From an uncultured cyanobacterium (GTDB taxonomy: Bacteria > Cyanobacteriota > Cyanobacteriia > Cyanobacteriales > Nostocaceae): a stretch of 64,000 nt of DNA. The notes under the pieces are model-generated. The model did no database searches, was not told the DNA's origin, and worked only from the letters and a program-made list of their open reading frames with translations. The stretch covers positions 672,001 to 736,000 of the forward strand of contig CAVUDP010000001.1 in the NCBI GenBank assembly GCA_963740315.1, in the 5' to 3' direction. Shown here piece by piece: positions 20,221-29,565 of the stretch (within the stretch, counting starts at the first letter, position 1; each line of letters opens with the position of its first letter). Position numbers and translations under genes: made by a program.

Positions 20221-22943
20221 TTATATTTTTTCCACTTGGAAAGATTTAATATATTGTCTAATTTGTTTAAATTGAAAATTATCGGCAAGATGTCGAACTT
20301 TCGTAACGAAAGGTTGATAATTTTTATCCGAACTTTCTAAGCCATCTAATAAATTTTCTATCCCGTTAACATTTCCTCGCATAGCTAAATCAAATAGTTT
20401 TTCAATCTCTGCTACCGGAGGAACGATTATTTCTCGATCGACGATACCTTGATTAATATGTTCTTCTTTTTTTTCGTTTTTGGCATAAATCCACTCTAAT
20501 TGTAAATACTTTTGTAAAAACTTCAAAAATTCATCTATTTGTATCGGCTTTGGTAAAAATTCATCGGCACCAGCGGCGAAAGTTTGCTTAATATCATTTT
20601 CAAAGACGCTAGCAGATGAGACTATAATTGGTACCTGACTAAATTCTTGATTATTCCTAAGAATTTGCATCATTTCTAAACCATCCATTTCTGGCATAGT
20701 TATATCAGTTAAAATTAAATCAGGTTTGATGTCTTCGGCTTTTTTTAAACCCTCCTTACCATTACTTGCTTCAAAACAGCAAAAACCGATAGATTCTAAA
20801 ACATTAATCATAATTGAGCGATTTTCCCATCGATCGTCCACAATTAAAATATTAGGCTTGCTACCTTTAAAACCGACAATTTTTGTATTTATTAAATCTG
20901 AATGTTGCTGTATATCCTCCTGACTAACTTTTAAATCGGCATCGAACCAAAACTTACTACCCGAACCAGAATTACTTTCTACCTTAATTTCACTACCCAT
21001 TAACTCAGTAATTTTGCGGCTAATTGCCAATCCCAATCCCGTACCTTCTGTTTGTTTGTTTTTATCTCCTACTTGTTCAAAAGGTAAAAAGATTTTATTT
21101 AGTTGTTCCGGTGTCATTCCCACACCGCTATCGATAATTTCAAAGCGAATTTTACAATTATCTAATCCTTGTTCTATTACCCGAATAGAAAAAGTAACTC
21201 CACCTGATAACGTAAACTTAATTGCATTTCCTAATAAATTAATCAGAACTTGACGCAACCGTTTTTCATCAGCCTTAATTGCTACTGGAAGCTGTGCATC
21301 TGGTTGATAATTAAACTCAATCCCTTTTTGTTCGGCACGAATGCGACATATTTCGGCAACTCCAATTAAAAATGAAGAGAAATTGATATCGCCATTATGC
21401 AATTCTAGTTTGCGAGCTTCTATTTTTGATAAATCTAAAATATCGTTAATTAAAGTCAATAAATGGGAACCGCATTGATAAATAATCCCCACACCATCTA
21501 ATTCCGATTTGGCGATATTTTGCGATCGTTGCAATATCTGTGCGTAACCTAAAATTCCATTTAAAGGTGTTCGCAATTCATGGCTCATATTCGCTAAAAA
21601 CTCACTTTTGGCTTGAGAAGCGACATCTGCTGCAACTTTTGCTTTAACTAATTCTTTAGTTCTCTCTTCTACCTTGACTTCCAAAGTACGATTCAATTCC
21701 TGTAACTTTTCATTAGCTTGTTCCAATTGCCACTGCTTATGAAAATTACTAGCTATAATTGCCGAACTAATAAGAGCCACAAAAGGCGAAACGATAGGAA
21801 TCCACCAACCAAGCAGAAAACTTCCATAGCTGCTAATAATTAGAATTCCGACAGCAACTGATATACCTAATATGCTTAATCCCCAAAATATTCGCTTGCG
21901 TTTAAAGTTAAATTGCAGCAACTGCCAACTTACGTAACTACCAGTAAAAGACCAACATAAAATCCACAGCCATTCCGCTTTAAAGACCAGACATTTATTA
22001 TCGCCCGTCCATCTAATGCTGCGCTTAAAATTTGGCTGACTAAATGCGCGTGAATTACCACACCAGCCATGCGAACATCTTTGTTTCTCAAATTACGAGC
22101 GTAGCCGACATTATGATAGTCATTAATACTTTTGGCTGTCGTACCTATTAGCACGATACGCGATCGCACTTGTTCTTCAGATAGATTACCCGATAAAACA
22201 TCTCGCAAACTTACCGTATCAAAATTACTCTTTAAGCTGCGATAATTCAGTAATATTTGGTATCCATTTAAATCTGCACCACGGAAAGCAAACTCTTTTC
22301 CAGTTAATGAATGAGTCACCGCTTTACCGAATCGCACCGATTTTCCTTCCGCATCGCTTGCTAACTCAATACCTTTTTGTTCTAAGTACATTATGCTTAA
22401 ATAAGCCGCTAAACTCACAAAAGTCTTGCCATTTTCATCCCCCGCAAATAGCAACGCTCGTCGAATTTTACCATCTGTGTCTGACAACAAATCAGCAAGT
22501 GCAATTTGGTCGAGTTTAGACAAAGTAGGGGATGGTGCAACTTCATCCCCTAGCAGTTTTTTGATTCCAACCAAATTCGGTGTGGTTTGCATCACCGATT
22601 CTAGTTCCTGATGACCGGGTTCCACTGGTAAATCTCGATAAATATCCATCCCAATGGCTACTGGCTGGTGCTTGTTGATTTTTTTCAGAGCCTTAGCCAA
22701 AACGGCATCCGGAACGGGCCATTTACCTACTTCGGTAATGTCCTTTTCATCAATAGTGACGATTAAAATTCGCTTTTCTGGCTTTTCCAACGGACGCATA
22801 GCGAAAAAACCCTCTAAAGTTGTCCACTCTAGAAGCTGAAATAATCCTGCCGTGCTGAGTGCAATTACTGCTAACGCCACAGCAGAAGTTGTTATCGCGA
22901 CAAAACGCCATTGCCATAAAAGCGCTTTAAATGACCACATCAC
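20221..22943 (-). pseudogene. CHASE2-domain hybrid histidine kinase split by a -1 frameshift near 21980
   Basis: ORF 21930-22943 is CHASE2 (WPVPDAVLA, IGMDIYRDLPV, GVVIHA). The -1 frame reads [19 protein letters not shown] directly into ORF 20221-21921 ([12 protein letters not shown], HATPase, REC). Confidence 0.85.
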
Positions 22944-22951
22944 AATCCATG

Positions 22952-23668
22952 TTAATTAACTAACGGTTCTTGGGCAATTTCACTTAAGCCAGCAGAATTT
23001 AACAGTTGTTGCCAAGAATTAACAACAGCTTGGTTCGACGGTTGCGACTTTCTGAGTTGGGCGAGAGTAGAAAGCGCATCGTACCATAAACCATCAGATG
23101 CTAGTTGAGATGCTAGTTCCACAGAGGGTTTTTGGTTAAGCACATTTCTCGGTTCAACTCGTTGAATCCAACCGCTAACCAGGGGACTATCCGGTTCTAA
23201 ATCTTCACCGCAAATTATTACCAAAGAATACTGATAATTTGTGCCAGTTTTTAATGCTGGAACTGAATCAGGAAGTTTAATTTCCATTACCCCTGCTTGT
23301 TTGGGTAGCTGTAAACTTGTTTGGTAATGATGGTTGAAGTTTTCATCTTGAATGCTAAAAAATGCTGTTTGAGCAGTAGTTGCACTCACATACACCATTA
23401 TTGATGGACGTTGCTCTACTGTTAAGCCGATGTTCGATTTAGGTAACAGTTTTACAACTGATGAATTAGATTTTGAAGCTTTGCCAATAGCACAACTTTC
23501 TCCGCGAGAACCTCCTCCAGTCGAACGCGACGGAGCAGATGTTACTGGTGGCTTAAAAGTTATACCAGCTTGGGCTGGAGTTATCCACATAGGAATCAAA
23601 GACAAAGCAAGCAGACAACCGATCGCCAAAACTACGTATTTAAAAAGGGATTTGTTTTTATTAGCCAT
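22952..23668 (-). CDS. DUF928 domain protein
   Basis: GGGSRG.C, LLP..NIGLT, VSGWIQRV, GLWYDALSTLA..R..QP...W..LL...GL; typical neighbour of CHASE2 genes. Confidence 0.88.
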   Translation of the reverse strand: MANKNKSLFKYVVLAIGCLLALSLIPMWITPAQAGITFKPPVTSAPSRSTGGGSRGESCAIGKASKSNSSVVKLLPKSNIGLTVEQRPSIMVYVSATTAQTAFFSIQDENFNHHYQTSLQLPKQAGVMEIKLPDSVPALKTGTNYQYSLVIICGEDLEPDSPLVSGWIQRVEPRNVLNQKPSVELASQLASDGLWYDALSTLAQLRKSQPSNQAVVNSWQQLLNSAGLSEIAQEPLVN

Positions 23669-23959
23669 AAAAAATGCTTGGCAAGTTATAAAAGTGTGAA
23701 AAATGCTTTTATTTTCTCATGCTTGTCTTTAGTAATTAAAGAAGCAAGAGATTATTGCCAGTTTATTAGTATTATTGCCTAATCGCCATCGGTGCGTTTG
23801 CTGATAGCAAATATTATATATAAACTTTATCTTTAGGAACGATCGCAAACATTACAGTAAAATTACGGTTTTGTTTTTGCTTCTTTTACTACTTTTTTCC
23901 TTTTCTCAAAGCATCGTGAAAAGAGTCAGAAATATTTTTTTAATCGGATAAACTATTTA

Positions 23960-24772
23960 TCAATAATCACGATTGTTAGAATCAGCTGAAGCACGAATTG
24001 ATTCGGCAACGAAAGCGACAATTGCAGATACTATTATTAAAATCACGCTTAAAGCATTAATATCTGGTTTTACACCCGTTCTGATGCGGCTAAAAATTTC
24101 CATCGGTAAAGTATTTGAACCGCTACCAGCCGTAAAACTTGCAATTAGAAAGTCATCCAAACTAAGCACAAAAGCTAACAAGCAACCAGCAACAATTCCT
24201 GGCATCAATTGCGGTAATAATACTTTAATAAAAGCTTGTATTGGTGTAGCCCCTAAATCTAATGCAGCTTCTTCTAAATGAGGATCTAAATTAGTTAATC
24301 GAGAAGAAACAACAAGAGCGATATATGCCAAACAAAATACCACATGAGCCGCAACAATAGTCCATATACTCAAACGAATTGCAAACGCTGCCAGAAAAAC
24401 CAAAGTAGCCACCGCGATCGCAATATCGGGAACGATCAACGGTAAATAAGAAATTCCTCGATATAATCCCTTTAAAGGAAACCGATAACGCGCCAAACCC
24501 ACCGCCATCAAAGTTCCTAATACCGCAGAAATACTCACAGCACTAAAAGCAACTATCAAACTATTTTGTAAAGCCGATAGAATCCGCCCATCAGTAAATA
24601 ACTTTTGGTACCATTCCCAAGTAAATCCGGACCAAGCCCCACTATAAGGCGACTGATTGAAACTATAAAAAGCAAGTACCGCGATCGGTAAATACATGAG
24701 AACATACATAAACAGCGAGAAAACTCCCTGCCATCCGATATTCAATTTTTCCTTCGGTGGAGATATATTCAC
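23960..24772 (-). CDS. potC: Spermidine/putrescine ABC transporter permease
   Basis: YLPI....YSFN, EAA loop LEEAALDLGA, SLDDF, TLPMEIFS.IR.GVKPDINA. Confidence 0.88.
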   Translation of the reverse strand: MNISPPKEKLNIGWQGVFSLFMYVLMYLPIAVLAFYSFNQSPYSGAWSGFTWEWYQKLFTDGRILSALQNSLIVAFSAVSISAVLGTLMAVGLARYRFPLKGLYRGISYLPLIVPDIAIAVATLVFLAAFAIRLSIWTIVAAHVVFCLAYIALVVSSRLTNLDPHLEEAALDLGATPIQAFIKVLLPQLMPGIVAGCLLAFVLSLDDFLIASFTAGSGSNTLPMEIFSRIRTGVKPDINALSVILIIVSAIVAFVAESIRASADSNNRDY

Positions 24773-24858
24773 TCTAATTGTTATTTATAAATAAGAAGGT
24801 TTATCGGGACTTTCATAGCATTATTTGGGTTAAAAGTCAATTTTACGCTGATATCAAG

Positions 24859-25262
24859 GTTCGTAGTTAGAGCTTTAGCTCTAGTTTTGGAGGACTAAAG
24901 TCCTTACTACAAACCTATTTCCGAGTTCGTAGTTAGAGCTTTAGCTCTAGTTTTGGAGGACTAAAGTCCTTACTACAAACCTATTTCCGAGTTCGTAGTT
25001 AGAGCTTTAGCTCTAGTTTTGGAGGACTAAAGTCCTAACTACAAACCTATTTCCGAGTTCGTAGTTAGAGCTTTAGCTCTAGTTTTGGAGGACTAATTGG
25101 AGGACTAAAGTCCTTACTACAAACCTATTTCCGAGTTCGTAGTTAGAGCTTTAGCTCTAGTTTTGGAGGACTAAAGTCCTTACTACAAACCTATTTCCGA
25201 GTTCGTAGTTAGAGCTTTAGCTCTAGTTTTGGAGGACTAAAGTCCTTACTACAAACCTATTT
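24859..25262. repeat. Tandem array of six 66-bp double-hairpin units
   Basis: Unit gttcgtagttagagctttagctctagttttggaggactaaagtccttactacaaacctatttccga starts at 24859, 24925, 24991, 25057, 25135 and 25201. Unit 4 has a 12-bp internal duplication. Confidence 0.95.
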
Positions 25263-25263
25263 T

Positions 25264-27156
25264 TTACAACTTCGTTCCGCATTCGGGACAAAAGTTATTT
25301 GCATTTTGATTCTTCGCACCGCAATTACCGCAATAAACTGGCTCTTGAGATGCTTTTGGTGGCTGTTTGGCTAAACCAACCATTTGGGCGTTAGTCTTTC
25401 CGGGACCAACCATTGGGTAGCAGTTTTCATCTTTGGTGACGCGAGCATTGACGACAACCGGACCGTTATGGGCAATAATTTCGGCGATCGCACTTTCAAG
25501 TTGTTCTCGCTTTTCAATTACTATGCCTTTGATGCCGTAAGCTTTACACAGCAATTCGATATCTGGCATTCCTATTTCCATATTGGAACTAGAATAACGT
25601 TCGCCGAAATACGCTTGCTGCCACTGACGCACCATTCCTTGCCAACCGTTGTTAATAATTACGGTTTTAACATTTATCCCGTATTGTGCAAGGGTTCCCA
25701 ATTCTTGCAAATTCATTTGGAAACTAGCATCGCCGCTAATACAGATAACTTGTTCGTCGGGAAATGCGACTTTTACGCCCATTGCAGCGGGAACCCCAAA
25801 ACCCATCGTTCCCAAACCAGCGCTGGAAATCCAGCGACGGGGGCCATTTTTAAGGAATTGCGCCGCCCACATTTGATGCTGTCCGACATCTGTGGTGTAG
25901 TAAGCGTAGGGTGCTTGACGAGCAATTTCGCTAATTACTTCTTGAGGTGAAATACTATCATCATGGTGCGGTACCACCAAAGGATAGTCTTTCTTCCAAC
26001 TGTTAATTAAATTCAACCATTCTTGAGTTTGGTTTGGTGCTTGCTTAATATTTCTTTCTTCGCATCGACGCAGCAATTCTGTTAAAACTCTTTTGACATC
26101 GCCAACAATCGGTACTTCCGGAATGCGGTTTTTACCAACTTCCGCCGGATCTATATCAATGTGAATTACCTTAGCGCGGGAAGCGAATTCATCCAACTTA
26201 CCCGTAACGCGATCGTCAAATCTTGCACCAACGCAAATTAATAAATCGCAATCGGTAACGGCAAAATTTGCATATGCGGTACCGTGCATCCCCAACATTG
26301 ATAAGGCAAGCGGATGATGTTCGTCAAAAGAACCGATACCCATCAATGTAGTGGTGACGGGGATCGAAAATAATTCCGCTAACTGTTGAACTTCCTCATG
26401 AGCGCCGGAAGTAATCGCGCCACCTCCTACATACAGCAAAGGACGACGGCTTTCGCGAATCAGTTGAATAGCTGCATTGATTTGTCGGGGATTTCCCTTC
26501 ACCGTCGGACGATAACCCGATAATTTCACGGAACCCGGTTCAACGGGAGTGTAATCAAATTCCTCTAACGCCACATCTTTGGGAACGTCAATTAAAACAG
26601 GCCCCGGACGACCACTAAGGGCTATATGAAAAGCTTCCGCCACAATCCGCGCCATGTCTTTAGGGTCGCGAACTACGTAGGAATGCTTGACAATCGGTAG
26701 TGTAATTCCGTAAATATCGGTTTCTTGGAACGCATCAGTACCAATCGAAGTTCGCGCCACCTGTCCGGTAACAACAACCATCGGTACCGAATCCATATGA
26801 GCGGTAGCAATGCCGGTAACTAAATTAGTTGCACCGGGGCCAGAAGTAGCAAAACAAACACCAACTTTACCACTAGCGCGGGCGTAACCATCGGCAGCAT
26901 GGGAGGCACCTTGTTCGTGTCGAACTAGAATGTGCTTGATGCCACCATTCGCTTCATCTCTATATAGATCGTCATAAATCGGTAAAATAGCACCACCGGG
27001 ATAGCCAAAGATATGCTCAACCCCATGACGCTTCAAGCTATCAATTAACGCAAAACCACCAGAAGCACGTTTTGGAAAAGTATTTGATTCGGTAAGAGTT
27101 GTTTGGGAAGAGGTAGATTCAATTTGTGGAACGCTGATTTGGGAAGGGGAAGACAC
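25264..27156 (-). CDS. ilvB: Acetolactate synthase large subunit, with C-terminal zinc ribbon
   Basis: [54 protein letters not shown]. Tail YCGNCG...FCPECG. Confidence 0.96.
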   Translation of the reverse strand: MSSPSQISVPQIESTSSQTTLTESNTFPKRASGGFALIDSLKRHGVEHIFGYPGGAILPIYDDLYRDEANGGIKHILVRHEQGASHAADGYARASGKVGVCFATSGPGATNLVTGIATAHMDSVPMVVVTGQVARTSIGTDAFQETDIYGITLPIVKHSYVVRDPKDMARIVAEAFHIALSGRPGPVLIDVPKDVALEEFDYTPVEPGSVKLSGYRPTVKGNPRQINAAIQLIRESRRPLLYVGGGAITSGAHEEVQQLAELFSIPVTTTLMGIGSFDEHHPLALSMLGMHGTAYANFAVTDCDLLICVGARFDDRVTGKLDEFASRAKVIHIDIDPAEVGKNRIPEVPIVGDVKRVLTELLRRCEERNIKQAPNQTQEWLNLINSWKKDYPLVVPHHDDSISPQEVISEIARQAPYAYYTTDVGQHQMWAAQFLKNGPRRWISSAGLGTMGFGVPAAMGVKVAFPDEQVICISGDASFQMNLQELGTLAQYGINVKTVIINNGWQGMVRQWQQAYFGERYSSSNMEIGMPDIELLCKAYGIKGIVIEKREQLESAIAEIIAHNGPVVVNARVTKDENCYPMVGPGKTNAQMVGLAKQPPKASQEPVYCGNCGAKNQNANNFCPECGTKL

Positions 27157-27447
27157 GGCAAACCTCAGTTGTTAGCTACTTAACGTAAAAACGTCAAAAA
27201 AATCTGTATGTAGTTGAAACTTCATTTTAATACCCTATGCACAAATTTAGAAATAAGTCTATTGTCAAGGGGTGCCTAAACCGTAACAAAGCCGTTTATC
27301 TGTTAAGATGTCTTATCTAGAAGAGTTGCGGCTTACATGATGACGATTGAGGAAAAGTTGTAGGGGAGCGTTTTTAATTTGAAGTTTAATTTAAAGCAAG
27401 ATTCAATTATTGATTTTCACATTTGAAGGTAGCTTAAGCAATCTTAA

Positions 27448-27670
27448 TATTTAGCGTTATTACCTTAAATTGAAAAGAACCTAACCCCCCAGCCCCCTTC
27501 CCAAAAGCGGGAATGGGGAGAATTCAAAGCCTCTCTCCGATGCTGAGAGGTTTTGCGTGGCTGAGTAATAGCATCTCTCTTTATCTCTTTCCTCTGCGCT
27601 CTCTCTGCGGTTTTTTAATCGGTAATCATAGAGCCGGGAAGGGATTAACTAAAATATCTTGCTCGCTAGG
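27448..27670 (-). pseudogene. Degraded remnant paralogous to the caspase-FGE linker region
   Basis: Shares ttattac..aaattg.aaagaacctaaccccccagccccctt, gggaatggggagaattcaaagcctctc, ggctgagtaat and ggattaactaaaa.atcttgctcgctagg with 30411-30650, in the same order. Confidence 0.65.
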
Positions 27671-27842
27671 TTGTAACTGACATCTTGCATCAGTTGCAAT
27701 AATCGCCTTGGAATAAATTCCCAGGCTTAAAAACAAAGTCTACTTAAGTAGACTGTTAGAAAAAATCTAGTTGTTATGAGAGAAAAAAATAAAGGCTAAA
27801 TTTTTGACACTCCCCATCAATAAATTGAAGGGGATTCTAGTT

Positions 27843-29021
27843 TCACTGTCGTTGCTTACTTTTACAGGTATTGCTACCAATAGAAGCAGAGGCTACAACT
27901 CCACTAGCGTTAGTTTGGGGATGCCCTCCCCTACCGTTTACACGACTTAAAATTACTTTAGCAGCATTAATATCACGTTGCTCGGTGTGTCCGCAGCTTG
28001 AGCAAAAATGTGTCCGGGTGCTTAAACTTTTTTGAGTTCTAATACCGCAGTTACTACATTCTTGAGATGTATAGTGTGGTGCTACTGCAATTACCTGCCG
28101 ACCAAACTTGCTACCAAAATATTCGAGCCACTGGCGGAAAAGGTACCAAGATGCATCAACAATACTCTTAGCCAGCTTGTGGTTTCTTACCAAGCCACTT
28201 ACATTTAAGTCTTCCAAGACAACCATAGCGTTAGCCAGGGTTAAGTTACGCGCAAGTCGTTTTGCGTGTTCATTCCTTTGTCTTGTTACTCTCAAATGCT
28301 TACGGGCATAAACACCACGCGCTTTTCTTCTGCCAGATGACCCCTTCTTTTTTTTATAAATCTTGCGTTGAGAACGTTTTATATCTTTCTCAGCTTTACG
28401 TAAAAATCTGGGATTCTCTTCATGATTGCCGTTGCTATCTGAATAAAAATACTCTAAACCAACATCAATACCAACTTCGTTACTGGTTTGAGGTACGGCT
28501 ACAGTATTATCAACCTTCACGCAAAACTGAACATAAAAACCATCGGCACGTTTAACTATACGCACCCGTTTTATCAGTTTTTCATCAAAGGTGTGGATGC
28601 CCCATTTACCTAAAAGTTTTAACTCCCCAATACCTTTTTTATCGGTAAAAGTTATACGTCTTTTAGTTGAATGCAATTTCCACCCAGATTGCTTGTATTC
28701 AACTGAACGGCTATGTTTCTTGAAACGCGGATATCCTTTTTTACCAGGTTTACCTTTCTTGCAGTTATCAAAGAAACGATTAATAGCACGTTCTACATTT
28801 TCTACAGATGCTTGGCAAGCATGGCTATTTAAGTCCTTTACAAACTTAAATTCATTTCTTATCTGAGTGTTGTAACGATAAAGCTCTTTTTTGCCCACGC
28901 CGCGATTATCTGTCCAATAACGCAAAACTTTATTTCGGACAAATTGAGATGTCCGTATAGCTTCGTTTATTGCCGTTTGTTGGGCTTTATTCGTTACTGC
29001 TTTATATTCCATTACAAGCAC
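27843..29021 (-). CDS. tnpB: RNA-guided endonuclease TnpB
   Basis: RuvC residues GIDVG, VLEDL, RDINAA; zinc finger CSNCG/CSSCG; GYPRFKK. Confidence 0.95.
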   Translation of the reverse strand: MLVMEYKAVTNKAQQTAINEAIRTSQFVRNKVLRYWTDNRGVGKKELYRYNTQIRNEFKFVKDLNSHACQASVENVERAINRFFDNCKKGKPGKKGYPRFKKHSRSVEYKQSGWKLHSTKRRITFTDKKGIGELKLLGKWGIHTFDEKLIKRVRIVKRADGFYVQFCVKVDNTVAVPQTSNEVGIDVGLEYFYSDSNGNHEENPRFLRKAEKDIKRSQRKIYKKKKGSSGRRKARGVYARKHLRVTRQRNEHAKRLARNLTLANAMVVLEDLNVSGLVRNHKLAKSIVDASWYLFRQWLEYFGSKFGRQVIAVAPHYTSQECSNCGIRTQKSLSTRTHFCSSCGHTEQRDINAAKVILSRVNGRGGHPQTNASGVVASASIGSNTCKSKQRQ

Positions 29022-29098
29022 TCTTGCATCACCTCCTTGTTATTTTGCTCGCTTCTATATATTATATACGTATTATCTATATAATTACAACTAAAATA

Positions 29099-29494
29099 AT
29101 GAACAAGTTTAAATCAAACAAAAATATTGTTTACTCCTGTAAGTATCATGTTGTTTGGTGTCCCAAATATCGCCGTCCAGTACTAGTTGATGAGGTGGAG
29201 AAGCGACTTAAAGAGTTGTTGTTTGAGATTGCAGAAAAAGTTCAAGTAGAAATAATCGAGCTTGAAACGATGCCCGACCATGTTCATGTTTTATTTGAAT
29301 GCGACCCTCAGTTTGGAGTTCACAAAGTAGTTAAAAGGTTTAAAGGAGCAACAAGTCGGTATTTACGGCAAGAATTTCCACATTTGAAAAGTCGTATTCC
29401 TACTTTGTGGACTAACTCTTACTTTGTCTCGACTGTTGGTGGCGCTCCGTTGGAAGTAGTAAAACAATATGTAGCTAACCAGAAAGAAGTTTGA
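29099..29494 (+). CDS. tnpA: IS200-type Y1 HUH transposase TnpA
   Basis: YHVVWCPKYRR, DHVH (HUH), LWTNSYFVSTVG, YVANQ. Start at MNKFKS. Confidence 0.95.
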   Translation: MNKFKSNKNIVYSCKYHVVWCPKYRRPVLVDEVEKRLKELLFEIAEKVQVEIIELETMPDHVHVLFECDPQFGVHKVVKRFKGATSRYLRQEFPHLKSRIPTLWTNSYFVSTVGGAPLEVVKQYVANQKEV

Positions 29495-29565
29495 CGGACA
29501 ATAAATTGTCCTACGGGCTAACCCCATAAATAGAATTTAGGGGCTTGCGCCCTATGGGTTTCCGG

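Larger units (their letters stand above)
27804..29564 (-). mobile_element. IS200/IS605-family element (divergent tnpA and tnpB), predicted TAM TTGAC
   Basis: On the minus strand, left end TTGAC|cggaaacccatagggcgCAAGcccctaaattctatttatgggg; right end GAATccccttcaatttattgatggggagtgTCAA. Confidence 0.88.

Noticed and set aside
24859..25262. Possible CRISPR array
   Set aside because: Units are identical end to end with no unique spacers, and there are no cas genes nearby.
28970..29098. ORF-track N-terminal extension of tnpA
   Set aside because: It overlaps tnpB on the opposite strand; the ATG at 29099 gives a normal-length TnpA.
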